DNA of 56,510 nucleotides from a virus (Duplodnaviria; Caudoviricetes): IMG/VR virus record IMGVR_UViG_3300042549_004468, positions 1 to 56,510 of that record; one strand, 5' to 3'. Shown piece by piece: positions 1 to 9,399 of this stretch (position 1 is its first letter; each line of letters starts with the position of its first letter). The notes under the pieces were generated by a model. It saw only the letters and a program-made list of their open reading frames with translations, ran no database searches and was not told where the DNA came from. The position numbers and the translations under genes were made by a program.

Positions 1-71
1 TTAGCAGCATCTATATGCAATGTTAGACCATTGATACCAGGATTATCTAAACCACCTCTTACCGTACTCAT
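1..71 (-). CDS. 5' end of a LamG/concanavalin-like tail-associated protein (runs off window start)
   Basis: Not in ORF track. ATG at 71-69 overlaps the upstream TGA (ATGA). Reads MSTVRGGLDNPGINGLTLHIDAA, paralleling DGLVLCLDAA of 341..1000. Confidence 0.7.
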   Translation of the reverse strand, partial: MSTVRGGLDNPGINGLTLHIDAA

Positions 72-337
72 GACATAGATAATAAATCAGGGCCTGTCCA
101 AGCTTCTGTAGCTAAAATTTCTAACATTTCTTCATAAGTATAAGGACCTTCTTTTGTAGTGAGGTTCTCTACACAACTAGGTATTTCCTCATCCCACTTA
201 ACAAATGTTTTTGTATTGTCAACTGATTTTCTAACTGTGTTTACTGATGTTTCTTGTACTTGAGTAAAATCAATTTGATCTAGTTCTGTTATTGAAAAGA
301 TCATAAACTTTCTGTTTTCGTAATTTGTTGTTTCCAT
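68..337 (-). CDS. Small hypothetical phage protein, tail-fibre associated
   Basis: 89-aa ORF packed between two LamG-type genes; no catalytic motif recognised. Confidence 0.6.
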   Translation of the reverse strand: METTNYENRKFMIFSITELDQIDFTQVQETSVNTVRKSVDNTKTFVKWDEEIPSCVENLTTKEGPYTYEEMLEILATEAWTGPDLLSMS

Positions 338-340
338 TTT

Positions 341-1000
341 TTATAATCCGAATCTTCTTTTTAATGCGTTATAGTTTTGTGTTACTTCGTTGTTAGTTAA
401 ACCTCTATTATAATATTTAAGATTTGAAATCTTGCCTGTAAAAAAGTTAGATACAATATCGGTAGATATTCTTAGTCTACCTTGTGGATAATTTGTAGTA
501 ACAGTGCCACTAACAACTTGAGTTGTGTTATATGCAATTGATGCTATGTTTGAAATTCTTTTAACTACAATCTGACTCCACACATTTGCTGTTGGAAATA
601 TGTTATATTGCAAATCATCTGCTACATTTGCTTTACGCAATACAAAATTAGATCCGTTTTTTCCAATCCATATACCATTAGTTACATCTCCCATTAACAA
701 AGGAGCATATGTGCTAGACCAATTATTTGGGTTAATCCAAAGTTCAAAAGTAAAGTCTCCGGTCCCGGGGGTTAGTGAAGTTTTGATTCCTAAGTCTGCA
801 TAGTCGTTTACACCATCAAACACTATACTTCCTCCATTTCCACTATTAAATGTAGGTCCATTTATTAATGTACCATCATTTTTATTCTTGCCTATATCAC
901 TCCAAGTAGTTCCACTTCCTGGGTATGATTTAGTATTAGCTGCATCTAAACACAATACTAATCCATCAGTGACTGTTTTAGGAGAATAATTAAACGACAT
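341..1000 (-). CDS. LamG-like / concanavalin A-like lectin domain protein (tail fibre/receptor-binding accessory)
   Basis: GLVLCLDAA, FDGVNDY, FTFELWI, FTGKISNLKYYNRGLT..EV.QNY are typical LamG_3 motifs. Confidence 0.85.
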   Translation of the reverse strand: MSFNYSPKTVTDGLVLCLDAANTKSYPGSGTTWSDIGKNKNDGTLINGPTFNSGNGGSIVFDGVNDYADLGIKTSLTPGTGDFTFELWINPNNWSSTYAPLLMGDVTNGIWIGKNGSNFVLRKANVADDLQYNIFPTANVWSQIVVKRISNIASIAYNTTQVVSGTVTTNYPQGRLRISTDIVSNFFTGKISNLKYYNRGLTNNEVTQNYNALKRRFGL

Positions 1001-1003
1001 AAC

Positions 1004-4000
1004 TTATATACTTCTAATAATGGATTTTATAGTCCATCCTGTTGTACTTGCTGAACCTGTAACTATCATATTAGATCCCGATATTGAAGCTCCAAAAGTA
1101 AATCCTGAAGTACTTCCAAAGTCTGTAGTCGAGTTGTCCATGTAGTTTGCTGTTCCTCCATTACCCCACAATGCTGTAAAAGTTCCAGCTCGAGAATTTG
1201 AACCTGATCTAATTATATAGTCCATAAACACTCCATCATAAGATCCTGTACTTAAACTATACACTAAATTTACACCTGATACTGCTGTTATTTTCTTTGT
1301 TGTATAGAGTGCTGGTGCTTGATAATCTCCTATGAAAGTAGTGTTGTCTGAGAATACTTCTAAAATAGGTAAACCTGATATATCATTTACACTGAATAAA
1401 GATCCAGATAAGCTATCTGTTACTGAGAATAGTTCTCCTTGTGATCCTTGTACTGTGAATATAGGTAATGCAGAACCTGATCCTAGTAATGTTAATTGGG
1501 TTGTATTTGAACTTGATATTATTAAACTGCCAGTAATTTGAGCACTTCCAGTAATCTGAGCTGTTCCAGTAATTGTTGTTACTCCATTATCAGTTATTTT
1601 AAATAAATTTACAGATGATGAGTTTTGTATTAAAACATTTGTAGTTGCTGAAGTAGAACCTGAACCTACAGAATGAAGTCGAGCTGATGGCAAAGTTGAT
1701 GCACTTCCTACATAAATTCCTCCAAGGGAACTAATAGTACCCGTACTATAAAAAGTATGAGTTGGATTTCCTGATGCATCTCCAATCTGTAATGGTATTC
1801 CATTTCCACTTCCAAAATAACCACGAGTAACACCGTTATCTTGCAAAGTCATTTTGAATGAGTTACTGTTTGTTGAATTAACTATTAAAGGAAATCCAGA
1901 AGCAGCAATAGTTGTTTTACCATCATCTGTTACTTTAAATACATCTGAAGGAGTTGCATTTTGTACTAGAAGTGCAGTTGTTGATGATGTTGTACCAGCT
2001 CCTCTAACATGTACAATAGCTGATGGATTAGGAGTGACAGTACCAAATATGGCACTATATCTAAACTTAGCGTATGTGTCGTAAAAATAAACATTCAGAT
2101 TATTGGATACCATAATATCTAAACGACCACCAGGTGCGTTTAACAACATAGAACCTGGACCTCCTAGTATATTCCAGTTTGTATTAGTTGGTGCTCCAAC
2201 TTCAAATTGTACAGCTGTAAGAGTTGAGTACTGGTTAGATTTTCCTATGTACATTGTGCTACCACCAGATCCAGTAAGAGAGAAAGATCCACTTATAATA
2301 GCTAAAGATCCACTTATGTTTGTACTTCCTATAGCATTTAAAGAACCAGTTACTGTCAGTGAACCTGATATGATTGCACTTCCTGTATATGGAAAAGTAG
2401 GAGTTGAAGGAGCAAATGAAGCGCTAACTGCATTTAATACGTAAGAAGATGTTGAAGCAAATGAAGCACTAACTGCATTTAAAACATAAGAAGCAGTTTG
2501 AGCTAGAGATGCGCTGATTACAGATCCTCCATAGTATGAAGCAGATAATGCTTGAGTTGCGTAAGATGCAGTTCCAACTAATGATCCAGCAATACTACCT
2601 GTAACAGTTAAAGTTCCTGCTATACTTACATTACCTACATTTGTAATTCTTAATAATTCAGTTGGAGTAACTCCATTTTTATAAAAAACATGACTTCCAT
2701 CAGTAACATAATCAAGTTGTGCTGGTGAAACTCCAAATCCATATCCCCCAAATGAGCTTGTGTATAATGCAAGTTTGCTAATTGTACCTGCTGCTCCTGT
2801 TGCTGTTCCTAAAGTTAATAAATTTATACTATCAGTCCAAGTTAATTCATTACTTGTAGTGGTTGTATTAGTTCCGTTGTTAAATAATATTCTATTTGCA
2901 GCTCCCTTTACATTTGTTGTTAATAATGATTCAGCAGCATATGAAGCTGTTGAGGCATAAGATGCGGTTGTTGCTGTTGTAGCAGAAGTAGCATTACCTT
3001 GTAAACTAGCAGTTAATGATGATTGATTTTCCCATTTAGCTGATGTATTATTGTATACTAAAGGTTGTCCATTTGTAGGACCTGATATTGATACATCAGA
3101 TAAACCAGCTAAAGTTTGAGTGATTGTAGAGCCACCTCCACCTGCTCCTCCTACTTGCCTAAATAATCCTCCAGGTTGTATTTTAAAGTCAGCAGGAGTA
3201 GTAAATACACCATTACCCTTAATTATTATTGCACCTAAATAAATTGCATTTGCTGCAGTGTTAGGTGCTTCAATAAATGATTCAAATTGAGTATTTGCAA
3301 TGGCGTCTGCTTCTGTTGAATAAGATTCATTACCGTAGTAAACAACTATTGCTTTAACTATTGAATTTGGAAACCAAAAGACTCTCTGTATTGACCAGTC
3401 ATTAGGTTGTACTGTTGTAAGAACACCACTGTTTGAATAGTTACTTGGATCTATTGTTGCATATCCCGCTCCTGCATTTGTATCGTACACCCAAGTTGAG
3501 CCTGATTGTCTATATCTAAAAATTTTAGAGATATTAGTTCCAGTATCTACTGTGTAAGAAGGTTCATTTGGGTCTATAGCATAGTTTGCTCCAGGTGCAT
3601 AAGCTGTACCACTTCCTACTACTAAACTACCTGTTGAAGAACCACTTGGTGATAGGGTATATCCTGATAGTTTTAAAGCCCCAAATGCTCTGGTAAATAT
3701 ATTTTGCTGTTGTTCAAAGCCGTATGCTACAGAAGGCTGTGTTTTAACAGCATTTATTGAAGTTTGGTTTTGGAAAAATACTCCACCTATATTGATTATA
3801 GTATCAAATTGTCCATTTGAGAATGGTGTTCCTTGAGCAAAAATATTATTAGTTGAGTCAATACCAACAAAACATTGTTGATACGAACTAGTAAATGCAT
3901 TAATACTACCTGTTAAGTTGCCCCAGTTTAAATATTGGATTGTTGGGAATGGGTCATTATTTAATGATGCATTTAGATTAACAATAATTCCACTACCGCT

Positions 4001-4453
4001 ACTTATTTTATAAACGGTAGATGATTGAGTTGTAATTAAACCTCCATTTAGTAATCCAGTATACAGATTTCCTTCTAACCATCTTAAACGAGTTACATTG
4101 TTATATCCTTGTCCGTTTTGAGAAAAGTATAAGTCATTTGTTGAACCGGAAACATAAATATAGGATGCTGAGATTGAGGTGTCTATGCTTTTAGCAATAG
4201 GTAAAAACTTGATTACACCGTTTGTTTCCATATCACCATACACTTTAATAGTTGGTGTTGGTGGAGAAGTTGATGAACCTGATATAATGATACTACCTGA
4301 TAGTGTTGTGTTACCAAATAAGTTATTGGTTCCTGCTTGAGTTGTTGAGCCAGTTACTGATAACGAACCAGTAATTTGAACTCCGTTTGATATGGTTAGT
4401 GTGTTTAGTGTAGCATCTGAACCAGAGACTATAACTTTACGCCAATTAGGCAT
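1004..4453 (-). CDS. Long tail fibre protein
   Basis: 1149 aa, S/T/G-rich beta repeats (ITGS), LAGLSDVSISGPTNGQPLVYNN...KWEN fibre repeat, PSARLHSVG and SAIVHVRG fibre-type repeats. Confidence 0.8.
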   Translation of the reverse strand: MPNWRKVIVSGSDATLNTLTISNGVQITGSLSVTGSTTQAGTNNLFGNTTLSGSIIISGSSTSPPTPTIKVYGDMETNGVIKFLPIAKSIDTSISASYIYVSGSTNDLYFSQNGQGYNNVTRLRWLEGNLYTGLLNGGLITTQSSTVYKISSGSGIIVNLNASLNNDPFPTIQYLNWGNLTGSINAFTSSYQQCFVGIDSTNNIFAQGTPFSNGQFDTIINIGGVFFQNQTSINAVKTQPSVAYGFEQQQNIFTRAFGALKLSGYTLSPSGSSTGSLVVGSGTAYAPGANYAIDPNEPSYTVDTGTNISKIFRYRQSGSTWVYDTNAGAGYATIDPSNYSNSGVLTTVQPNDWSIQRVFWFPNSIVKAIVVYYGNESYSTEADAIANTQFESFIEAPNTAANAIYLGAIIIKGNGVFTTPADFKIQPGGLFRQVGGAGGGGSTITQTLAGLSDVSISGPTNGQPLVYNNTSAKWENQSSLTASLQGNATSATTATTASYASTASYAAESLLTTNVKGAANRILFNNGTNTTTTSNELTWTDSINLLTLGTATGAAGTISKLALYTSSFGGYGFGVSPAQLDYVTDGSHVFYKNGVTPTELLRITNVGNVSIAGTLTVTGSIAGSLVGTASYATQALSASYYGGSVISASLAQTASYVLNAVSASFASTSSYVLNAVSASFAPSTPTFPYTGSAIISGSLTVTGSLNAIGSTNISGSLAIISGSFSLTGSGGSTMYIGKSNQYSTLTAVQFEVGAPTNTNWNILGGPGSMLLNAPGGRLDIMVSNNLNVYFYDTYAKFRYSAIFGTVTPNPSAIVHVRGAGTTSSTTALLVQNATPSDVFKVTDDGKTTIAASGFPLIVNSTNSNSFKMTLQDNGVTRGYFGSGNGIPLQIGDASGNPTHTFYSTGTISSLGGIYVGSASTLPSARLHSVGSGSTSATTNVLIQNSSSVNLFKITDNGVTTITGTAQITGSAQITGSLIISSSNTTQLTLLGSGSALPIFTVQGSQGELFSVTDSLSGSLFSVNDISGLPILEVFSDNTTFIGDYQAPALYTTKKITAVSGVNLVYSLSTGSYDGVFMDYIIRSGSNSRAGTFTALWGNGGTANYMDNSTTDFGSTSGFTFGASISGSNMIVTGSASTTGWTIKSIIRSI
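2411..2493. repeat. 45-bp tandem duplication encoding SYVLNAVSASFA twice
   Basis: agcaaatgaagc(g/a)ctaactgcatttaa at 2411 and 2456. Confidence 0.85.
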
Positions 4454-4970
4454 GATTTACCTCCCTTTCTTTGCAATTATTAAAATGCCATCGCTTCATT
4501 GCAATTTGCTGCCCTTCTTTTTTACAAAAAGGGCATATTATTTGTGTTAGGTTTTGTATTGGTGTTTTACCTAATTTTTTAATAGACATTTTTGATTTAG
4601 TATCATCTGATCTCTTAGTTCCTATTCTTGCTAACCTTATAGTCTCTTTGTGGGCCTCTGTCTTAGGTTTTTTATAATTCTCTTTGTTAAGTTTGGGTTT
4701 TCTAAGCTTCACTTTGGTTTCTTCACTAAGTGGTCTTTTGTATCCTTTAACATAAGCTGTGTTAAACCTCATAGCTATCAAGTTAGCAGCATTAAAGTCT
4801 CCTTGTGAATAGTGTATATTATAATGCTCTTCTATAGATACACACATTAAATTTTCTATGGAATTGTTGTTGTGATTTCCATCAATATGATGTATTTCAT
4901 ACGATCGGTTTTGATTATCTTTGGGTATTTCCCCAAAAACAGACTCATATAGTTTTCTATAATTTGGCAT
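4446..4970 (-). mobile_element. Free-standing HNH homing endonuclease with NUMOD3-like DNA-binding repeats
   Basis: YEIHHIDGNHNNNSIENL...EH HNH core; SEETKVKL / TEAHKETI / SDDTKSKMS NUMOD3-like repeats; C-terminal CPFC...RWHFNNCK. Confidence 0.88.
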
Positions 4971-4987
4971 ATTACATTATATATTTG

Positions 4988-5049
4988 TTTGTGGTTAGAT
5001 ACATACACTTTATGCCGTGTATATGCCTACTTCCCTTTCAGGCCAACAA
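4988..5049 (-). ncRNA. Candidate structured 5' leader RNA (multi-stem)
   Basis: RNA UUGUUGG-CCU(GAAA)GGG-AAGUAGGC-AUAUACAC(GGCAUAAA)GUGUAUGU-AUCUAACCACAA: GNRA hairpin, 8-bp stem and closing stems. Lies just downstream of the TATTTATA motif. Confidence 0.55.
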
Positions 5050-5057
5050 TACTTTTC

Positions 5058-5065
5058 TATAAATA
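5058..5065 (-). promoter_or_regulatory. Putative late promoter TATTTATA
   Basis: Recurrent intergenic motif; precedes the HNH/tail-fibre unit. Confidence 0.7.
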
Positions 5066-5069
5066 TATG

Positions 5070-5243
5070 CTACTTTGCTTTAGACTTAATTAATGTGTCT
5101 AATTCTTGAGCTTTTGATTGCTCCTGTGCAATTGCGGATTCTAGTTTCTGCTGTAAGTTAGCAACCTTTTTTGCATCCTTACCTAAAATTGTTATTACGT
5201 CTAAAGATTGACGTAATAGTTGTAACTCTACTAATTCAAACAT
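5070..5243 (-). CDS. Small coiled-coil protein (possible fibre assembly helper)
   Basis: Not in ORF track (57 aa): MFELVELQLLRQSLDVITILGKDAKKVANLQQKLE...KSKAK, stop TAG at 5072-5070. Resembles the neighbouring ORF (IxGK...V..L..KL). Confidence 0.7.
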   Translation of the reverse strand: MFELVELQLLRQSLDVITILGKDAKKVANLQQKLESAIAQEQSKAQELDTLIKSKAK

Positions 5244-5245
5244 AA

Positions 5246-5440
5246 CTACTCTTGTTGATTTTGTAATGCAATATATTGTTGTTGTAATTTAACAACAGTA
5301 CCATAAACTGTTTCTAAAGTCTTACCTTTAAAGTTTGAGTTTTTAATAAGGATTAACAAGAACTCAATTTCTGATGCACTTAGCTGTGCAACTGGTTGTG
5401 CTGCTTCCTTAGCTCTAATGAGCGATGATATACTTCCCAT
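5246..5440 (-). CDS. Small hypothetical protein (possible fibre assembly helper)
   Basis: Likely start MGSISS at 5440, which avoids overlap with the upstream gene; EIEFLL...FKGK...VVKLQQQ. Confidence 0.65.
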   Translation of the reverse strand: MGSISSLIRAKEAAQPVAQLSASEIEFLLILIKNSNFKGKTLETVYGTVVKLQQQYIALQNQQE

Positions 5441-5459
5441 GACGTAACTATTTAATTTT

Positions 5460-6854
5460 TTATGTATAGATGTAAACATCTCCTGTGTTTGAGTCTATGT
5501 GCATGTTACCAAATCCATTTGTAGTTCCTCCATATATTGGATTGGCTGGTGGTCCTCCTGCAGACTTTTCTGCTGTTACAATATATTCAGCCGCTGTTAT
5601 TGAAGTTGCTGTTGGGGATACTGAACTTGATATTGCCCAACGACCTGTAGTAGCTGGATCATTTTCCCAATATAAAGCTTCACCTGCATTTGCTGCATTT
5701 TGTACTATGATACCACCATCAATAGTTGAACTAGATCCTGATGCTAGTAAGATAAATTGATCTTCAATAGCTACATTGGTAACATTTAATGTTACTGTTG
5801 TGCCTTGAACAGTTAAGTTTCCACTTACTGTTAAGTCATTTCCAATAGTTACATTATCTGGTAATCCGATGGTAATTGTTTGACCTGAACCTGATACTTC
5901 TACTTCATTTGAAGTACCTACTATAGTTAAGGCTTGTGTTGCAAGATCTACACTTATGTTTCCAGCTGAAGAAGTAACTGCTAATGTTGTAGCTATTCCA
6001 GTTAATTGAGATCCATCACCAAAGAAAGATCCTGTAAATGAACCTGTTGCTCTTAGAGTTCCACCACTATATACTAAGGTTGGAACACCACCAAAAGCAC
6101 TACTATTGTTGTATTGAATTTGACCGTCAGATCCTCCAGCTACTGCACCACTTGCTGATACTGCTTGAATAGAAGCAGATAAAGCGGCAAGGCTAGAATC
6201 AACATTTGTTAAACGAGTTGATAATACTTGACCTACATACTGGTAAGCTGTTAAATAAACACGACCATTAGTAGCATCGGCAATTACTGTTGTTGCAATT
6301 GCAGAAGAGGTGAATTGAAATATACCAGTTTTGTAATCAAAGTTATAATAACTAGAATCAATATCTGCTGTTGAACCTAAATTATCATTTGAATATATAG
6401 CTTTTACAACATAACCAGCTGGATTTGATTCTGCTGTGTTTGTTGATATACTTGCTAATGAATATTTTGGAGATATAAAGTTGGTTTGTTGATTTGCATT
6501 TATTAACTGAGCTCCAGTTGAAATGGTAGTAGAGCCAGAAATAAACATCCATACATCTTTACCAACGGTTGCTAAGTCAGACTTAGTTAATGCATGACGA
6601 TACCAAAATCTTAATACATCATTTCCGGTAGGTGTAGTTGATATAGTACTGCCTGTTGTAAAGTAGTAGCTGTTTTGACTTGACCCTGAGAATGGAAGGG
6701 ATGATGTGGGTATAAAATTAGCTTGTGTGTAAACCTCACCAGAATTAATATCAAATACGCTTGTAAATGCATCTTGACCATCTGTGAACGCATCTGTAGT
6801 GTATCGTTTACCTAGTAAGGTTCTATTGGATTTTTTAGTTAAATCTATTGCCAT
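5460..6854 (-). CDS. Tail fibre / virion structural protein
   Basis: GGSDGQIQYNNSSAFGG, FFGDGSQLTG and GDLTVSGNLTVQGT...IEDQFILL are fibre-type motifs. Confidence 0.7.
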   Translation of the reverse strand: MAIDLTKKSNRTLLGKRYTTDAFTDGQDAFTSVFDINSGEVYTQANFIPTSSLPFSGSSQNSYYFTTGSTISTTPTGNDVLRFWYRHALTKSDLATVGKDVWMFISGSTTISTGAQLINANQQTNFISPKYSLASISTNTAESNPAGYVVKAIYSNDNLGSTADIDSSYYNFDYKTGIFQFTSSAIATTVIADATNGRVYLTAYQYVGQVLSTRLTNVDSSLAALSASIQAVSASGAVAGGSDGQIQYNNSSAFGGVPTLVYSGGTLRATGSFTGSFFGDGSQLTGIATTLAVTSSAGNISVDLATQALTIVGTSNEVEVSGSGQTITIGLPDNVTIGNDLTVSGNLTVQGTTVTLNVTNVAIEDQFILLASGSSSTIDGGIIVQNAANAGEALYWENDPATTGRWAISSSVSPTATSITAAEYIVTAEKSAGGPPANPIYGGTTNGFGNMHIDSNTGDVYIYT

Positions 6855-6867
6855 GGTTATTTATCTA

Positions 6868-8946
6868 TTAAGATACTGATAATGTTGTTACTGCTGTTGT
6901 CGGTTCTCCTTTATATCTAACTATAACATAAAACTGATCATATGATGAACCATTCATATAAACTGCATTAGCATTACTAACCTCTACTGTGTAAGTAGTG
7001 CCAGATACAGCTCCAGTACGAATACCATAGTAATCGATTGCTGATCCAAATGGATTGGTTCCTGCTGTGTTAGCTGTGATACCTGCTGTTATTAGTCCAG
7101 TTGTGTAGTATGGATCAAATAAACGCGTTACAGTTAAACCATTTTGACCATTAACAGCACTTTCAAAAACAATCGCTACAGACACACCATTTGTAGTTGT
7201 TGTATCATTCCAAGCTACTAGAGTTTGTCCTAAGTTTATTGTAAATGAACCAATCGATGTAGTTCTTTGAAATCTACGTACATAGTATTGGTAAGTGTCT
7301 CCATATCCAGATGGATACCAATACCTTCTTGAGCCACCTGAAGCCACTAAGTAGCCTGGTTTTACTTGAAGTTCCTTGGTTGGTAATGTGCTTGATGATA
7401 CAAAAGCAGTTCCAGTAAATGACAGTATACTATCATCTAATGTAATGCGATTTGCCTCATCTTTAAAAGTATCAGATGTAGCTGTTTGAGTAGTATTGGT
7501 TGGAAAACCAAAGTAAGCTATAGATCCAGATGATGCTGGTTGTCCGTATGCACCTGCATCGTGATAAGAAAATGTTTGAGTATCTGTTGTATATACTCCT
7601 GATCTATTAGAACCACTTGTGGCAACAGTAAAGGTTGATGTGCTTAATCCACTTGCAAATAAAGCTTGAATGTTGGTAGCTCCTGCCACACCTGCATTAA
7701 ACGATAAACTACCAGATAACTTAACTAAGTCAGTTTCAAATGGAATTGTGCTTGTTGCTCTGAGAGTGTTTCCTGTGGAATCAAAAACTGTATTAGCTGA
7801 ACTGATTTGAGCTGATGAATTTATTGTTGCACTTGAACCACTATTTGTTGCAGCTGTTAAAGTTACCAAAGCATCTGCTTCAGTTATAGATGCAATAGTT
7901 GTATTGGCTACATACAGAGGATTAAATATTCCATTTATTTGGCTTCCTACATACCAAGTTGCTGTCCTTAAATAAGGAGCTCCTGATAAAGATCCAGAAG
8001 TTGCTGTAAGTGAGCCACTAGTCTTATTGGTTATAGTTATAGTTTGAGTTGGTAAGCCGCTATTGATAGCTGCTGTTGGAGCCCAAAAGAATCTTTCAAC
8101 TGAGGTGTTTGCTGTGTTGTACACAGGAGATGATCCACTTGCAATCTTGATAGATGCACTAATGTGGTAGTAACCGGATGATGATACGCTTGTTAAAGAT
8201 ACTCCTCCATTATATAATCCTGAACTAAAGATACTTGCAAATTTACCATCTTGATAAGCTGCTGGAATTACAGCTGCGTTTGCTGTTGGAATCTTACCTA
8301 CTGTCAATCCATTTGATGTCGTAAATGAGGATAGTGATAATAGGTTTTGAGATTGTGATGTAATTGTCACACCACCAGTACTTGCACTTTCGTGAGCCCA
8401 GTTAATTGTTCCAGATACATAAAATGTATTTGGTGTACTACCATCAATAATAGTTCCTAAACCAAACAATTGAGCATCTACTGAAGATGATACATTTGTT
8501 GTTCCTGCTGCAACACTTGTATAGGTATTTGCATAGCTAGAGTTGTTGTATACTGTAAGACCAGTGTATAGTAACGATCCAGTTGATGCAAACCCTTTAC
8601 CAACTATATAAGTTACATCTGCTGCAGAGTATCCTTGTGGTACATATCCGGCTATTGTACCGGTACCATTATTGGTAGAAGTTTTTGAAATAGAGCTTAG
8701 TGTCTTGGTATTTGGAGCTGCGTCAGGTGCTGATGCACTTAGTAACCCTGCTACAAAACGTAAAATTTCAGATACGTTTGTTTGTGTTGTAAAGTTATTA
8801 AAGTAAGATCCATTTAAACTAGTTTGCCAAGCGTTTGATGATGGAACACCTACGTTTATATTTGATGAGCTTATAGCTAAACTAGCAGTTAGTGAAGTTA
8901 ACTCTGCACTACTTCCAGATACTATTACTTTTTTCCAAGTTGCCAT
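6868..8946 (-). CDS. S/T-rich virion structural protein (fibre-like N-terminus)
   Basis: 692 aa, beta-rich; N-terminus MATWKKVIVSGS shared with the long fibre. Confidence 0.65.
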   Translation of the reverse strand: MATWKKVIVSGSSAELTSLTASLAISSSNINVGVPSSNAWQTSLNGSYFNNFTTQTNVSEILRFVAGLLSASAPDAAPNTKTLSSISKTSTNNGTGTIAGYVPQGYSAADVTYIVGKGFASTGSLLYTGLTVYNNSSYANTYTSVAAGTTNVSSSVDAQLFGLGTIIDGSTPNTFYVSGTINWAHESASTGGVTITSQSQNLLSLSSFTTSNGLTVGKIPTANAAVIPAAYQDGKFASIFSSGLYNGGVSLTSVSSSGYYHISASIKIASGSSPVYNTANTSVERFFWAPTAAINSGLPTQTITITNKTSGSLTATSGSLSGAPYLRTATWYVGSQINGIFNPLYVANTTIASITEADALVTLTAATNSGSSATINSSAQISSANTVFDSTGNTLRATSTIPFETDLVKLSGSLSFNAGVAGATNIQALFASGLSTSTFTVATSGSNRSGVYTTDTQTFSYHDAGAYGQPASSGSIAYFGFPTNTTQTATSDTFKDEANRITLDDSILSFTGTAFVSSSTLPTKELQVKPGYLVASGGSRRYWYPSGYGDTYQYYVRRFQRTTSIGSFTINLGQTLVAWNDTTTTNGVSVAIVFESAVNGQNGLTVTRLFDPYYTTGLITAGITANTAGTNPFGSAIDYYGIRTGAVSGTTYTVEVSNANAVYMNGSSYDQFYVIVRYKGEPTTAVTTLSVS

Positions 8947-8977
8947 GTGTTAATATTATTTGTTTGATTGTCTTATA

Positions 8978-8985
8978 TATAAATA
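8978..8985 (-). promoter_or_regulatory. Putative late promoter TATTTATA
   Basis: Intergenic, 31 nt upstream of ATG at 8946. Confidence 0.7.
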
Positions 8986-9005
8986 GTCTACGTTGTATTA
9001 AAGTA

Positions 9006-9398
9006 TTAGTCTAGGCCGACATAAAAAGAAGATGAAGTAAAATAAACTCCTCCATTTGGTGCTGCTCCAGATAACGTAGCTGATTGAGTTGCGAACACTA
9101 CTACACCACTTTGACTTACTCTTAATATGTTTTGATTGCTTGTGTTTTTGATCAGGAATAGATCTGTTGCACTGCCTGATATTGTTACAGATCCTAGATT
9201 AGTAACGCTAAATGGAGTAAATGTTCCAGATTGTATTAAAAAAATATCACTTGTTAAGTTAACACTTGCTGTTACGCTACCACTTGTTATAGAAAAACCA
9301 CTACCACCACCTCCTCCATTCAAAGCAAAGGAAGCTGTCAATGCATATGATGCTGATGCTACACTTCCTGTTATTTGACTACCTCTTATTAATGCCAT
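9006..9398 (-). CDS. Small S/T/G-rich structural protein
   Basis: 130 aa with dense [ST]-x-S motifs, directly after the tail-completion gene. Confidence 0.6.
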   Translation of the reverse strand: MALIRGSQITGSVASASYALTASFALNGGGGGSGFSITSGSVTASVNLTSDIFLIQSGTFTPFSVTNLGSVTISGSATDLFLIKNTSNQNILRVSQSGVVVFATQSATLSGAAPNGGVYFTSSSFYVGLD

Positions 9399-9399
9399 G

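Noticed and set aside
1-4453. Diversity-generating retroelement or invertible cassette acting on fibre/LamG genes
   Set aside because: No reverse transcriptase, invertase or adenine-specific template/variable repeat pair noticed in the window; cannot be excluded elsewhere in the genome.
4446-5060. Group I intron hosting the HNH gene
   Set aside because: No interrupted exon pair, too little flanking non-coding sequence, and no recognisable catalytic core; the fibre ORF is intact with its own start.
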